Source: Lama guanicoe (Eukaryota). Taken from it: a stretch of DNA of 64,000 nucleotides. The position numbers were made by a program, and so were the translations under genes. Below are positions 24,264 through 36,884 of the stretch, piece after piece. The notes under the pieces were generated by a model, which worked only from the letters and a program-made list of their open reading frames with translations, was not told where the DNA came from and ran no database searches. Each line of letters begins with the position of its first letter. The first letter of the stretch is position 1. The DNA lies in assembly GCA_013239625.1 (NCBI GenBank), contig MU053319.1, forward strand, positions 1 through 64,000, read 5' to 3'.

Positions 24264-24810
24264 TGTTACCCCAAAATGGGGAGGGAAAATAAGACCCCAG
24301 TTCTTGTCATAACCAAAAAGTAAGAATTCAGACGGGAGACAGCAGCTTTGTGTAGAGAAAGAGTTTAAAGGGGGCAGTACACCTCCAAGGGTGGGAGGTG
24401 TGCTGCTCCAAGGGCAGGTAGCAGTGGCCTTTGTTGGGTCCCCTCCCTTATACCCTCGCTTACAGGTGGTCTCTTGTTTAACTGTGGACTCTTCCCCCTG
24501 GAGTGAGTGCTAAGGCATGCTCATCCCCTTTTGCACATGTCTTTACCCACGATGCAACAGAAAAACCCATGGCGGGGACCTTAAACTGCAATGCTGATTA
24601 TATTACAGTGAGCATCGGGTCATGTCTGGTTAGGTCCTTGTCACTACTGCGCAGCTGCGGCTGTCAGGTTCTAACCAGTTTCCTGCTGGCTCTCATTCAG
24701 AGGAAGTAAAGTTCCTTTATGCTGGAAGTGGGCATGCCAGCATCGTCAGATCATCATCTCTCTCCTCCACCTTATCTGCCTGATGCCCCCACTTATCAAA
24801 CTACCTAACG
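24264..24810 (-). mobile_element. ERV1 solo LTR
   Basis: 4-bp TSD CTTC at 24260-24263 and 24811-24814. Termini TGTTAC...CTAACG (CA mutated to CG). Confidence 0.75.
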
Positions 24811-24814
24811 CTTC

Positions 24815-24920
24815 TATGAAACTTGATTATTCACTATTAAGTTTGTTGAGAGGATTAGATGAGCTCATGTTTTTAAGGTACACAGCATTGTGCGTGACAC
24901 ATAGTAAATATTCATATAGC
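24815..24920 (+). mobile_element. MIR fragment
   Basis: GTTTGTTGAGAGGATTAGATGAG...CACAGCATTGTGCGTGACACATAGTAAATATTCA. Confidence 0.65.
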
Positions 24921-25429
24921 TACGCTGACAGTGACAATGATGATGATAATCATCATCATTATTTTCAGCTCGCTTCTTCTGTAACTGTCTGATCCTCACC
25001 AAGTCAGCGACAGGTGGTCAGTCGCTCCTGTCTACGCTGCAGTCTGGCACGGCTCTCTCTTCATTTATCTCTTTCATGTACATTGTTCCTCTCTACCTGT
25101 ATCGGCTGTTTATTTTTTATTACATGATGTGAAAGATTAGACCCTCATACAACTGATATCTTAAAACATCTTTGACAGTCGTATAATTACCTCTTTCTTT
25201 AATGTGGATTTCATTATCTTTGTTGAAAATGCATTAAAAGTGTGTTAACCATCATCAGAAGAGGGGGTGGATGTGCTTTGCAGCTCTGCCCAGGGGGGTT
25301 TTCAAACGAGGCCCCTGTCTCTCTCCCAGCTCATCCCTGGAGTATCAATGTAATAAAAAAAAAAGTTAAGAATGGACATGTGTTGTAGAAATAATTAACG
25401 AGTCTTCATCAGATAAGACAGATTAAGAA

Positions 25430-25642
25430 GCACTGCTCTCAGCCATAGGGGCATAATGTGCGGGTCTGAGCATCTAACACTGGTACTGACACTTCCACTG
25501 TGTTACTGTGTTAGCCACAAGGGTGATGACTCAAGCCATGTACACCTGTTTCATTACCACACGTGGGCATGACTCCTCTCACATGAGGCTATTTGGAAGA
25601 ATGAAATTAGCAAAAGATGTGAAACATCCACAGAATGCTGAG
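25430..25642 (+). mobile_element. Diverged MIR
   Basis: Weak match to the MIR core and 3' end (GGCTATTTGGAAGAATGAAATTAG...ATGTGAAACA). Confidence 0.45.
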
Positions 25643-25909
25643 GCTGTAGTAACTGGTGAAGGAATGGCCTTTCCCTCTTGTACCCCTCACCCCCCACACA
25701 TCATGGGTCCCTCCTAACAATTTCAATGACCTATTGGCTTTGTTATAAATAACAGGCACACCCAGAAGCGTTTTTATTTTCTGACTTTCTTGCACACTAG
25801 TCCTTTTGTCTTCTCTACTTGGAACTGTTTTCAAGTCTAGAATTTCAACAACAACCAGAGATGGAGAAGGATGGACTATTTTAGAGGAAAGAAAGTTTGC
25901 AATGACATC

Positions 25910-26620
25910 TATCAAAGTTCGTAGATACTAAGGCACATTTTTTTTAAATGTTTAACTTGTTGAAATTGGGCTGCATCTTCTAATGAACACCTTACAATTG
26001 ATGCGGAAAGGCAACAATCTCGTTAATTTTCATTTCTGGAGAATTGCTCAGGTATCGGACTCCCTAGCATCAGATCCAGCCAACTATGCTTCAACATATA
26101 AAACTATCCAAGAAGTGACGTTAACATCTGTTAACCCTTAGAAACCCAGTGGTGGTGACAAAGGGATGAGTAATGTGGTGATAAGATGTTTATTAACACT
26201 GCTCCAGCAGGAATGGAAAATAGGCCAGCTCTTCACAACTGTAAATCCTGCTTTGAGCCCACACCACCATTAAGTTTAGTTTTTTTATGGGCATTTTTAA
26301 AGAACTGATGACAGCGCAGATAAGATGATGTAAAAAATCACCAACAATGTGCATAAACTGAAAAATGATTCAGACTCTGAAAATTTTAGTCATACTTTAA
26401 GCAGTTTATTTGCTTGTCTTTCCTTTTTCTGTATGCACAAAAGCATATAATGAAATGTATGTTAAATTAAGCTTTTCAGCTTCATATATATGTAGAGTTC
26501 AAATAAATATAAAATTTCTAAATAAAAAGAAAACATGTTTCGTGGTTTAACTGAAAAGTGTTTATTCTTGAAAATGATGCTTACCATTCAGTCTGCCTTC
26601 AATTTTGAAATAAATGGCAT
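25910..26620 (+). mobile_element. Ancient Tc2-group DNA transposon (Kanga/MER104-like)
   Basis: GATACTAAGGCACATTTTTTT...TTTAAC...TGAAATTGGGCTGCATCTT...CTTACAATTG resembles the Kanga terminus. A degenerate opposite TIR lies near 26600. Confidence 0.5.
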
Positions 26621-27107
26621 TGAACTTTCTCTTCTCAATATCAGTGAAAGTTTTATTTTTCTGTTTATTAGTTTTCATCCATTTTCCTTTCTCAGTACCC
26701 TGTTTTATATAGTTTTAGCTACTTCTCAGTCAATAAATGAGCAAATTTATTACAGTGGATTCCAATTAGATTTCCTTAGATGAGTCTTCTGTCTCTCTCT
26801 CTTAAAATATTAAAAAATGTAATGCAAGAATCTGAGCTATTCTGACTCTATTTACTTTATTACCCCCCTAGCTCTTTTACAAACAAACACAATATCAAAT
26901 CTGCTCTGTGTCACACTTCATCTCCATTCTTGCCTTCTTAACCACTAGTTCCTATTTCACATAATTATTCTCAATGGAAGTGGCTTAAGATGAACTTATG
27001 CGGGAATGCAATTTGAAAATACCAAAAAGTTACAAAGATCAAATATGCATATGCTAGAATTTCTCATAACGGGACATTAAAATTCAGAAAGTACCACTAC
27101 GATCATT

Positions 27108-27515
27108 TTCTTAGTTATCTCAGGCTGACACACAAAATATCACAGATGAAATGGCTTTAAAAAACAGACATTTATTCTCCAGTTCTGGAGGCTGAGAAGC
27201 CCAAGATCAAGAACATGGAATTACTGGCCAATCTGGTTCTTGCCAAGAGCTCTCTCTTTATGTTGCAAATAGTCAAGTTCTTAAGTGTCTTCCCATGACC
27301 CTTTCTCTGTGCGTTCACTTGGAGAAAGAGACAAAAGAGAGAGAGAGAGAGATTTCTCTCTTTATAAGGTCACAGACCCATGATGAGTGTCCCATCCTTG
27401 ACTTAATCTAATATTAATTACCTTCCAAGGCTCTTTCTTCAAATACCATCACATGAGGGGAGTAAGGCTTCAATATACGAATGGGGGTGGGCCCACAAGC
27501 ATTCAGTCCATAACA
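27108..27515 (-). mobile_element. MaLR MLT1-type LTR
   Basis: CAGACATTTATT...CAGTTCTGGAGGCTGAGAAGCCCAAGATCAAG and terminal ATTCAGTCCATAACA. Confidence 0.85.
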
Positions 27516-27789
27516 GTCAGAAAAGAATGTTAATTAGGTAGTAATACTTGAAAAAAATCAGAAATTGGAGCACTTTTGAACTTTTTTACAGAGTGGAGTA
27601 AAATGATAAAAATGGTGTTTTAGAAAGATTCTTTGTAGGATACAGGATGTAATAAATCAGGAGACTTAAAGTAAATCCCATTAGAAAAACAGTCTTATGA
27701 GCTGCGCAGAAGGCAATGAGGAATTCACGTTAGGATGGTGACATCTCTACAGCCCCAGCCCCTGCAATGATCAGGTCTCGTCTTTGGTA

Positions 27790-27930
27790 CATTCACCCTG
27801 TGCTGGGTGCTTTAAAAAGCATGATGAATGCACCGTTTCATTTGATTTTCAACAATCCTATGATGCAGGTACTATTACGCTTTTCATTTTTATAAATGAG
27901 ACACCAGGTTCAGAAAGATTAGTAATGCCC
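27790..27930 (-). mobile_element. MIR fragment
   Basis: CAACAATCCTATGATGCAGGTACTATTA...CATTTTTATAAATGAGACA...GGTTCAGAAAGATTAG. Confidence 0.7.
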
Positions 27931-28854
27931 TGCTTCTCCAAGGGAAGAACCGGTTAAAGGAACGTAAAAAAGAGGGTAGTGCATGATAGTCAGAAATGTG
28001 CATGCACGATGGGCACAAAGTATCAGAAGATGGTAAGTTAGGAACTACTCGATTACAACTGAAAACTGAATTCTCGGGTTTATTGGAGAGAAAGCAGAAA
28101 AAGAGAGCTTTAGGGTAAGGGGACAGGCAGGAGGGTATGAGGAGGGAGGGTAAGAAGCCAGAAATGAGATTGAAAGACTTTCAAAGTAGGTAGCAATGAA
28201 CAAGAGCATGTTATATATGGAAAACTAATAAATAGGATGAGTTTTTAAATGGTAGATGAATTCCCTATATCATAAAAACGTCAAGGAAGATAAATACAAG
28301 GGAAATAGAGGTTCCGAAAGAAGTTGTCCAGGATATAAATGGTTGCTTCCAATTTTTTTTATCAGCAGATATATTTCAGTTAAAAAAAAAAAGTTGCCCT
28401 CAAGAAGACTCAAACTAAATTTTCTTAAACTAAAGAAAAATAGATACCAAGCCTGGAGTGTGGGTCTAGTGTCTTTCTCTGGATGGAGCGTAAATCTTGT
28501 TAGTCGCTCTCAACTGCACTTAGATCAAAGAGCAACAGAACTGAACTACAAAAGCTGATTCTGTAAAGAAAATAAGCCACAATCTTCAACTAAGAGAGAG
28601 AGGCTAGTAGAAAGTGCGAGCGGAAAACAAGCCGTTAAGCACAGTCATGTTGTTGGTCCCCCATCACCACTATCCATCCACACAGCCCTTTTCACCCTGC
28701 AAAACTGGACTCATGAAATAATAACAGTCCATTTTCCCCTGTTGCCAATCCGTGCAATCACCATGCATTTTTCTATCTGCTTTACCATGAATCTTCTCAT
28801 TACTTTTTTTTTTTAAACTCACAAATCTAATTTTGTTTTTATTTTATTTTTTTG

Positions 28855-29205
28855 GAAAAGAACCATAAAATCCAGCTAACCCACTTCTGGGGACATACCC
28901 AAAGGAAATGAAAATAGTTTCTGGAAGAGGTAACTGCACCCCATGTTTACTGTAGCATTATTCACAATAGCCAAGATATGGCAACAGACTGCGTGTCCAT
29001 TGATGGAAGAAGGTCTAAAGGCAGTGTGGTGTGAATGCACGATGGAATCATACGTAGCCTTAAAAAAGAAGGAAATTCTACCATTTGCAACAACATGGAT
29101 GAACTTACAGGAATCTGCTAAGTGAAATAAGCCAGACACAGAAAGACAGATACTGCAAGACCTCACTTACACGTGGAGTCTGAAAACTTTGAGGTTATAG
29201 GTAGC
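28855..29205 (+). mobile_element. Older L1 (L1MA/MB-like) ORF2 end fragment
   Basis: Translates as MFTVALFTIAKIWQQTACP...KKKEILPFATTWMNL, the L1 ORF2p C-terminus. Confidence 0.85.
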
Positions 29206-29805
29206 GTATCTGGCAAGCCACTAACCAAGAGCCTTTTGCAAACCCGTGATGGAGGTCTGCTTCAGATATTTGTGTATTATGGGGGTGGCTCCATCTTGAC
29301 CTCGAGAAAGAGAAATCTGATGATTCTAGATTTATCAGGAAAAAAATATATGTATGTATTAAATGCCTCGGGTAATGAATATATTCAATAGGACATTTCA
29401 ATTTTTTTTTTCACAGTGCCAGTAAGTGTAGTCAGTCATCATTTTTGAAGAAGATGACAGATTCGGACACATTTACAATGTTGTATCAGAGAAAGAGCTC
29501 TGACAGTCGTCCCCAATGCTTAAGTGTTGGCTTCACTGTTCTTCAAAGCACCCTCTAACATTTTAATATATTTCAATTGTTTGATGTTTCTTCCTTAGAA
29601 TAAGCCTAAACAACCTCCACTGAACTTCCTATTTCTATATGTATGAAGCAAAATAGAGCATCGCCTGACACCCCTTCAAACATTTGAAGACGGCCACATT
29701 TCCTTGAGAACTAACTCCTTCCACTCCCTGCTCCACACCACACTCTGAAAGCCTCCTCCTCATCTCTTCCGTGGCTCTGAGCATCTTCACCGTCCCTTCC
29801 TAGCT

Positions 29806-29985
29806 CAGTGTCTCTCAGTCTTGGTTGCACACAAGAATTACAGAGGGACATTTTGAAAAAATCCCAGACCAAGACCCCTGCCCTGAATCAGGTAAATGAA
29901 AATCTCTGGGGATGGAATTAGAAGTACCAGCACTTTTAAAAGCTCACAGATAATTTCAACGTGCAGCCAAGATTGAAAACTGCTG
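29806..29985. mobile_element. MER5-type hAT-Charlie MITE
   Basis: CAGTG..TCTCA / TGAAAACTGCTG termini, ~180 bp. Flanks TCCTAGCT/TTCTAGAT resemble the NTCTAGAN 8-bp TSD. Confidence 0.75.
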
Positions 29986-30774
29986 TTCTAGATGTGCTCT
30001 GGTCTGCAAATTTTACTTTTAAAATCTGGCACTCTAAATTGCTCTAACAATGTGTTTCTACTCCAGAAAACTTAATCTGAATTGAAAAGTGAATCAAGTG
30101 GGGAAAAAATGTTTGATGTAAGAGAATCCTTCCAAAATCTGACTTGTTGAATTACAGCCTTCCTCAAGGTTCTATTTTCATCCTTCTTTTCCTGCTAAGT
30201 CCAGTTTCCCTGGGAGTTCTCATCTGCTCCCGTGAATTCCGGTGCCTTGTAAGCAAACTGCTCCAAACTCTCATGTCCGATCCAACTATGAATCATGTTA
30301 AATGATAATTTTCCAAAAATGGTAAAATCGTGACTCTTGTAAAGATGTAAAAATAAACCCATGTTAGAGATTTTATTTTCACTCATAAGACAACCAGAAC
30401 TAGCAGACATTACATATAATATATCAGTTCACAAAGAGGTAAAAAAAAATGACAGCATATAAAGAAATGTTGAAATAAATGTGTAAATAGAGGCAAAAGT
30501 CATTTTTGCCATAGGAATGGAGGTGTGGAGAGTTGGGAGTGGAAGGCATTTGAAACTTTAGCAGCCAGGACAGAATCTGCATGGCAATCAGTTCTGTCCA
30601 ATTTAGTTCAAGACTAGAATTCTTTAATCAAAAGTTGTGCTCAATGGAGTCAACACATAGCATCTCACTGAGAGTTTTTTTTTTTTTTGACAGTTGGAAT
30701 CCCCATTTTAAAAGAAGTGAACTCATCATTGCCTCTTGCTCCCCAGAATCCATTGCCAACACATCTTTCAAGGA

Positions 30775-31531
30775 CAATCACTTGCTGGAGAGGCTGTGGA
30801 GAAAAGGGAACCCTCCTACATTGTTGGTGGGAATGTAGTTTGCTGCAGCCATTACGGAAACCAGTATGGAGAGTCCTCAAAAAACTAAAAACAGATTTAC
30901 CATATGACCCAGCAATCCCAATCCTGGGCATATATCCAGAAGGAACCCTAATTCAAAAAGACACCTGGACCTCAATGTTCATAGCAGCAGTATTTACAAT
31001 AGCCAAGACATGGAAACAGCCTAAATGTCCATTGACAGATGACTGGACAAAGAAGTTGTGGTACATTCATACAAAGGAATACTACTTGGCCATTAAAAAG
31101 AATGAAATAATGCTGTTCCCAGCAACATGGATGGACCTGGAGATCGTCATTCTAAGTGAAGTAAGCCAAAAGGAGAAAGAAAAACACCATGTGATATCAC
31201 TCATATGTGAAGTTAAAAAGAAAAAAACAAGATGACACAAATGAACTCACTTACAAAACAGAAACAGACTCACAGACATAATAAACAATCTTATGGTTAC
31301 CAGGGGAAAAGGGGTGGGAAGGGATAAATTGGGAGTTTGAGATTTGCAAATACTAACTACTATATATAAAATACATAAATACAAACTGTATTCAGTATCT
31401 TGTAGTAACCTCTAATGAAAAAGAACATGAAAAGGAATCTATGCGTGTATATGCATGACTGGGGCAAGATGCTGTGCACCAGAAATTGACACAACATTGT
31501 AACTGATTATACTTCAATTAGAAAAAAAAAA
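30775..31531 (+). mobile_element. Young camelid-type L1, 5'-truncated (ORF2 C-terminus, 3'UTR, polyA)
   Basis: The ORF to 31235 encodes [18 protein letters not shown]...[14 protein letters not shown]...TWMDLEIVILSEVSQ. 3'UTR ends GCATGACTGGG...CCAGAAATTGACAC, followed by polyA. Confidence 0.95.
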
Positions 31532-33030
31532 GACAGGCACTGTGTCTTATCTGCCATTATATCTTCAGTGCACAACATAGTGCTTGTTACACCGTGAGCC
31601 TTCAAAAATGTGGAGCAGATGAGTAAGTACAAAATGCTCTCTAAAGTCACTAACCTACACGTACAGAAATTTATAGCCATATTCCACCATCTTGCTTCCA
31701 ATCTGTTCTTGTCCATGTAAAATATATGAGATGAACATACATTCACACCCCCTCAAGTTAATGATGACTGCTTGTCTGAATAAGCAAGTGGCTGTTTCTC
31801 ACACCTATTTCACGCTAATAGTTTCATGCAGAACAGGAACGAGGGAGGAGGGTTGGACTAGAAGGAGTTTCAGGTTCAAATTCTAGATAGTGGAATTTGC
31901 GGGGTTATCTTGGAGATGCTCAGTAAGTCCTCGCTTTTTGATTGATTAAATCGTGAAACTTGCAAAACCACGTTAATCCCATACCCACAGTTTCAGCAAC
32001 ACTGGGAAGATTAAGAAATCAAAAGGGTTATCAGCCTGGTGATTTACAGAGAAACTTAGAACCGATTTGTCATTTGAAAGAGATAGAGGCTTTTAAGTTT
32101 TTAAGCGATTAACACTGTAAGGGGTACCTTCTCTTGATCTAAGCTGTAGACTTCTGTTTTTCTACTTATTATCTTCAGATAGATCTTTCAAGCAATCTGC
32201 TCTTAGGACTGTGACTGTCTGTGGCTATTATGCTACTTTCGTAGTACACTGTGATCATCTTTTACTAAAACCACAGAAATAATCACCTCTATTTTAAATA
32301 ACATGATTAAGTAAATTAATGTTTCAGTTAGGTTGTTTCAGAAATCATAACAACACATTATTTTTCTTATAGATTTAAAAGTGGAAAAACAAATGGAAGT
32401 TGAAAATCAACTTTTTTAAACATAGGGGATAATTTTAATTCCAGGAGTTATAGCTGCACTTAATGTATTTCTTCATGGTGAGAGAGTACTTGATTCCTGT
32501 AATCATATAAATGGCTTATAAAAAATCAGAATTTTAATATTAATGGAACTAGAGGAATCTGAGGCCGCATGACTAGACTGTAGGATTTATTGTATTTACA
32601 GTTCATTTTTCTTATACAGTCTATCTCAATAAAATCCCTAAATTATTTTTATCTATTTGAATTAGCACTTGTGATTTTTACTGTAACAATTCTTTACATC
32701 TAATCTACTAATTTCAACTAAGTAAATTATTTTCTTTAATATTCAGAAGATAATGAATTAAGTCCTGCTAGCACAATCCACAATAGTGTGGATTTTAGTT
32801 GCTGATTTAAATAAAGTGAAGCATTCTAAATTTGATGATTTCATAAAGGGCATTTTCTAACCAAATGGCCTGCCTAGATTATAGAGGTAAATATGATGGA
32901 AATATAACACTGCATTTTGACTCAAAGGTTTAACCTTTAGGCTTAAAAATAAATGACCTGGAGACAGATATTTGTCACATAGACACCTTTACAATTCAGA
33001 AAGGAGACTGATTTTTACACTAAATGTGGT

Positions 33031-33049
33031 TAGTGCCCCCTGGTGGAAA
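33031..33049 (-). promoter_or_regulatory. CTCF binding motif
   Basis: Minus strand TTTCCACCAGGGGGCACTA is a near-perfect match to the CTCF core CCACCAGGGGGCGCTA, in non-repeat sequence. Confidence 0.7.
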
Positions 33050-33325
33050 TATGCTAAAAATAAAAACTTTAATAGTTAAATGCTGTATAACTGTTTTTTT
33101 TTTTAATCTAAAATCTGACTGAAAGATTTGAGTTGGTATTATGGAAATAATAAACCCTATGCTAATTATTAAAATGAATTAATTAGTATTTGATATAAAT
33201 TGCAAGGTAGTGCCTTAAAATATTTACAGAAAAGCAGCCAGATTGATTGCACATGGTAATAGCTCAGTAGTAGTTCCTTGTGGCTCATTTCATGGATTCC
33301 ATCAAGACACTGGATAGTGGGACCT

Positions 33326-33339
33326 ATGCTAATTTGCAT
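33326..33339. promoter_or_regulatory. Overlapping octamer (POU) motifs ATGCTAATTTGCAT
   Basis: Perfect ATTTGCAT at 33332-33339 overlapping the variant ATGCTAAT on the other strand. Confidence 0.35.
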
Positions 33340-35269
33340 GCAGAATCTGCCTTGTGAACTGAAATCGATGCATTAAGTACTGCAAAATATTAATTAACTC
33401 ACTCACACTGGGCTATTTGCTGTCATGCCCCATTAGTCACAATGCAACACTAGTGAACACTCTGTATTCTTCAGCCACACCCCCAAAATATTCAATATTC
33501 ACACAGAGTATGTAGAAATTTGCACTGTAAGACCCTGTCAAAATCTGAGTAAGTGGCATGAAACTCAATTTAAAGGATTAAAGGTAAAGTGTTGGACCTT
33601 CTGGTTCGAGGGAGCTAAATTGTTCTGAAGCAATATCACTAAGTTAACTTGATAGCAAACTGTTTCACTGCTTCAAAGGCTTATTTGTTCTTGTCCCTGG
33701 CTGTGGAAGGCAGAAATTTAAAATATATACTGGAAGTCTGAAATGGTTTACCTGTATCAAATGTAAACATTTGGTTGGGGTAGCCCACACACATTTTTCA
33801 TATACAAAAAAAGCAATGCTCTAAGGTCTTGGACTTTGACTATATAACATTTACAATAGAAGCAAATTTCCAGAAGCTGTGAAGTATCTATTGTGAAGAA
33901 TCATTATGTATGACTATCAGTCACAGATTATATGCAAGAAGGAAATGTTTAAAAAGTGCATTTTGGCTTCTTCATAAGAAAAGGTTTGAATATGTATGTA
34001 TGCGAAAATGTTTCTACAGTGTGACTTCAACACCTTTATTTCAGGCTTCTATTCTGATTATACATACAAGCACTTGAAAGACAATGATAAATTCAGCTAC
34101 TATATTTTCAAGTGTTTATTTCATATTCTGTTTAAACAGCCATAAAAATAATACAGTGATTTGACGGCTAAATTCCTTGGAGTAAATCAAGAGGCATGCA
34201 GAAATGAATATCATTATTCCAAAGTGAGTATGTAAATACAAAGGGAAAATTAAACATGCTTACAAGCCCTCAGATCTTTGAGGCATATTTTAGTGTGCAT
34301 CACTTTCCAAACGTAGGAATAACTTTTTTATATTATTGTTTAAAAAGTTATTTCTGTGATGATGAAAAATAACAATAGATAATGTTGTTATCCAGGACAT
34401 ACATTCCCTTTCTCTCTCTCTCTGTCTCCCTCTCTGTGTGTGTCTCTCTCATGCAGTAGAATCTTTCATTGAATTCTTTCAGTTGAGGTCAAAAAAAGCT
34501 AGAATATGTTAATGATTATTAAAGAAAATGAAGCTTGTGTATACTTTCACTTTCAAACTGATCTGAAAGTTCTTTTGACTGTGGATATTTTAAATGAAAT
34601 CGATCCATTTGAAGTGGATAGGACTTAAGCAAAATTCCATTTGCTGTTACAAAAGAGCTAAGTCTTGAAGTGCTCTAAATATTTCTTTTTCTGTACTGCC
34701 AAGCAAGAGAAGTCGAATACAATGGGAGCTCTTGGTAAGATTATATGCCCTGGATATAGTCTTGTAAGTGCAGCTAAAAGCAAAGATATTAAATTGTAAC
34801 AATGCCTTTTGGAGGTAACATTTACTCTGGGCTCAATGATAAGTGTTTTCTCATCTTTTGAAACCGGTCAGTTGGCAGCTATAGCATTTTTATTTGGCAC
34901 GTAAGTCGATAAAAGTATTAACTTTCCCAATATAGCTAGCTCCTGCTTTTCATCCATTCTGAGAATTTTTGATTCCATCAAAGAAAAATTCTTATTTGAC
35001 AGATTCCTTTCGTAAACGGCAAAGCTGATCACAAAGTTGAAATTTGATTAGCAAAATTTAGATTAGGAAGAAAATATCCATGCTTTATGCGCAGTGCTTG
35101 GGAACGCATCCAGGTTCATTTGACTTGATTTAGGTAAAGCGCTACCTGAGATTCTGCCACACTGCTCTGGTATCAGAGAGTCTGCTAATAATCTACGTGG
35201 AGTCTTACCCTTCACTCCAAACGTCATTAAAAACATCATACTCAGCAACACTACACAGGTTTTCTGCAC

Positions 35270-35935
35270 TACAGCTTTTGCATCTGTATTTACAAGTGAA
35301 ATTGGTCCACAACTTTTCATTCTTATCTTGTCCTTGTCTGATTCCAGTTCAAGGGTTATTTTAGCTACATAAAAACAGTTGGGACATATGATATCACTTA
35401 TATGTGGAATCTAAAAAAAGGACAAACTTAATTACAAAACAGAAAGAGACTCACAGACACAGAAAACAAATTTATGGTTACTGGGGGAGAAGGGGGTGGG
35501 AGGGGATAAGTTGGGAGTTTGAGATTTGCAGATACTGACTACTACATGTAAAAGAGATCAACAACAAGTTCATACCCTATAGCACAGAGAACTATATTCA
35601 ACATCTTGTCATAACTTATGGCGAAAAGAATATGAAAACAAACATATGTATGTTCACATATGACTGAACTGTTATGCTGTACACCAGAAATTGACACAAC
35701 ATTGTAAACTGACTAGACTTCAATAAATATATACACTAAAAAATAAAAGATAACAAAATAACAACAAAAAAAAAGTTCCTGACAAGGATGGCATAAATAT
35801 ATGCAAATACAGTTTTTTCCCCAGTGGGAAAAAAAATAGGTGGGAGATTTTACCTCCTTTTCTGTCTCTAAAAGAGTTTCTATAAGATGAGATTATCTGT
35901 ACCTTAAATGCTTACAGAGTGTGCCTCTAAATCTG
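35270..35935 (-). mobile_element. Old L1M ORF2 fragment, interrupted by a younger L1 (parts 35270-35384 and 35846-35935)
   Basis: TTTTGCATCTGTATTTACAAGTGAAATTGGTC; minus-strand translation PISLVNTDAK matches the L1 RT motif. The element resumes after the insert. Confidence 0.7.
35385..35831 (+). mobile_element. Camelid-type L1 3' end with probable 3' transduction
   Basis: L1 3'UTR and A-rich tail to 35774, then 54 bp of non-L1 sequence and a second A run. TSD AAAAACAGTTGGGA (35371-35384) / AAAAATAGGTGGGA (35832-35845). Confidence 0.85.
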
Positions 35936-36364
35936 GTATATTATTTTCTAATAACTTGTATAACCTTCACTGCTTCTACGAAAGCAGGCATTCTTATTTT
36001 TACAGATTATACTGATGTAGCCAAGCTGAATCTAATACAGCTCTAAAAACGTCTCACTGACTGATTTTTGAATCCTTGTATATCTTGACGGAGTAACTAA
36101 CATTTTGCAAATATACCAATGTTGTATATTAATACTGAAACATTTTCTAAATAAATATTAAAAAGATGAAGACCTGCAAAATGAACAGGTCTCACAAAAT
36201 ACAAATTTTAAAAAACACAATTTTTTTTTTAAAAAAACCTCTCCAAATTGAGATTTCTCTCTCTTAGAAAAAGTTAAATAACGGAAACAGTGCAAATAAT
36301 GTGCAGTCAAATAGCCTCTTTTTGTATACAACTGGTGGCAATGTAAATTGATACTATCCTATTT

Positions 36365-36884
36365 CGTTACCTAGTCCAAACTCGGTCCACTCACCGCACA
36401 ACAGGCTAGTAAATCAGGAGACAATTGCTGAGGCAAGGAATAGCAGCTTTATTCGGAAAGCCAGCAGACTGAGAAGATGGCAAGCTAATGACTTGGAGAA
36501 CCACCTTACTCAAGTCAGAGTTCAGGCTCCTTTTATACTAAGAGGGGGAGGGGGTGTGGTTGGTTGTTGCAAACTTCTTGGTGCAGGATTTCTTTGTTCT
36601 TGTAACTGTCCACGTGGGTCAGGTCATGGTGTCCCTGTAAAACCTCTAATACAACAAACATTATTTTCTATTCTGCAACTTGTTATCTTTATAGAAGTGC
36701 AAAAGTGTTAACATCCTTAAAGGTCAGCGCCTTGGGAACAGACTCTCCTGTCTATTTCAGGCTAAAGGCAACATCCTTTTACAAATGTGCGGAGCCAGCA
36801 AGACTGAGCCTAGCAAAAAGGGCACAGGGTTAAAGCCAAAGAAACAGACCTAATCTGGAGTCAGACTTGTTCTTTTCTATTATA
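36365..36884 (-). mobile_element. ERV1 solo LTR
   Basis: 4-bp TSD ATTT at 36361-36364 and 36885-36888. GCTTTATT (minus-strand AATAAAGC) near 36447. Confidence 0.8.

Noticed and set aside
30687..31235. 182-aa ORF as a host gene
   Set aside because: It is the L1 ORF2p C-terminus of a 5'-truncated insertion with a chance TTG start in the flank.
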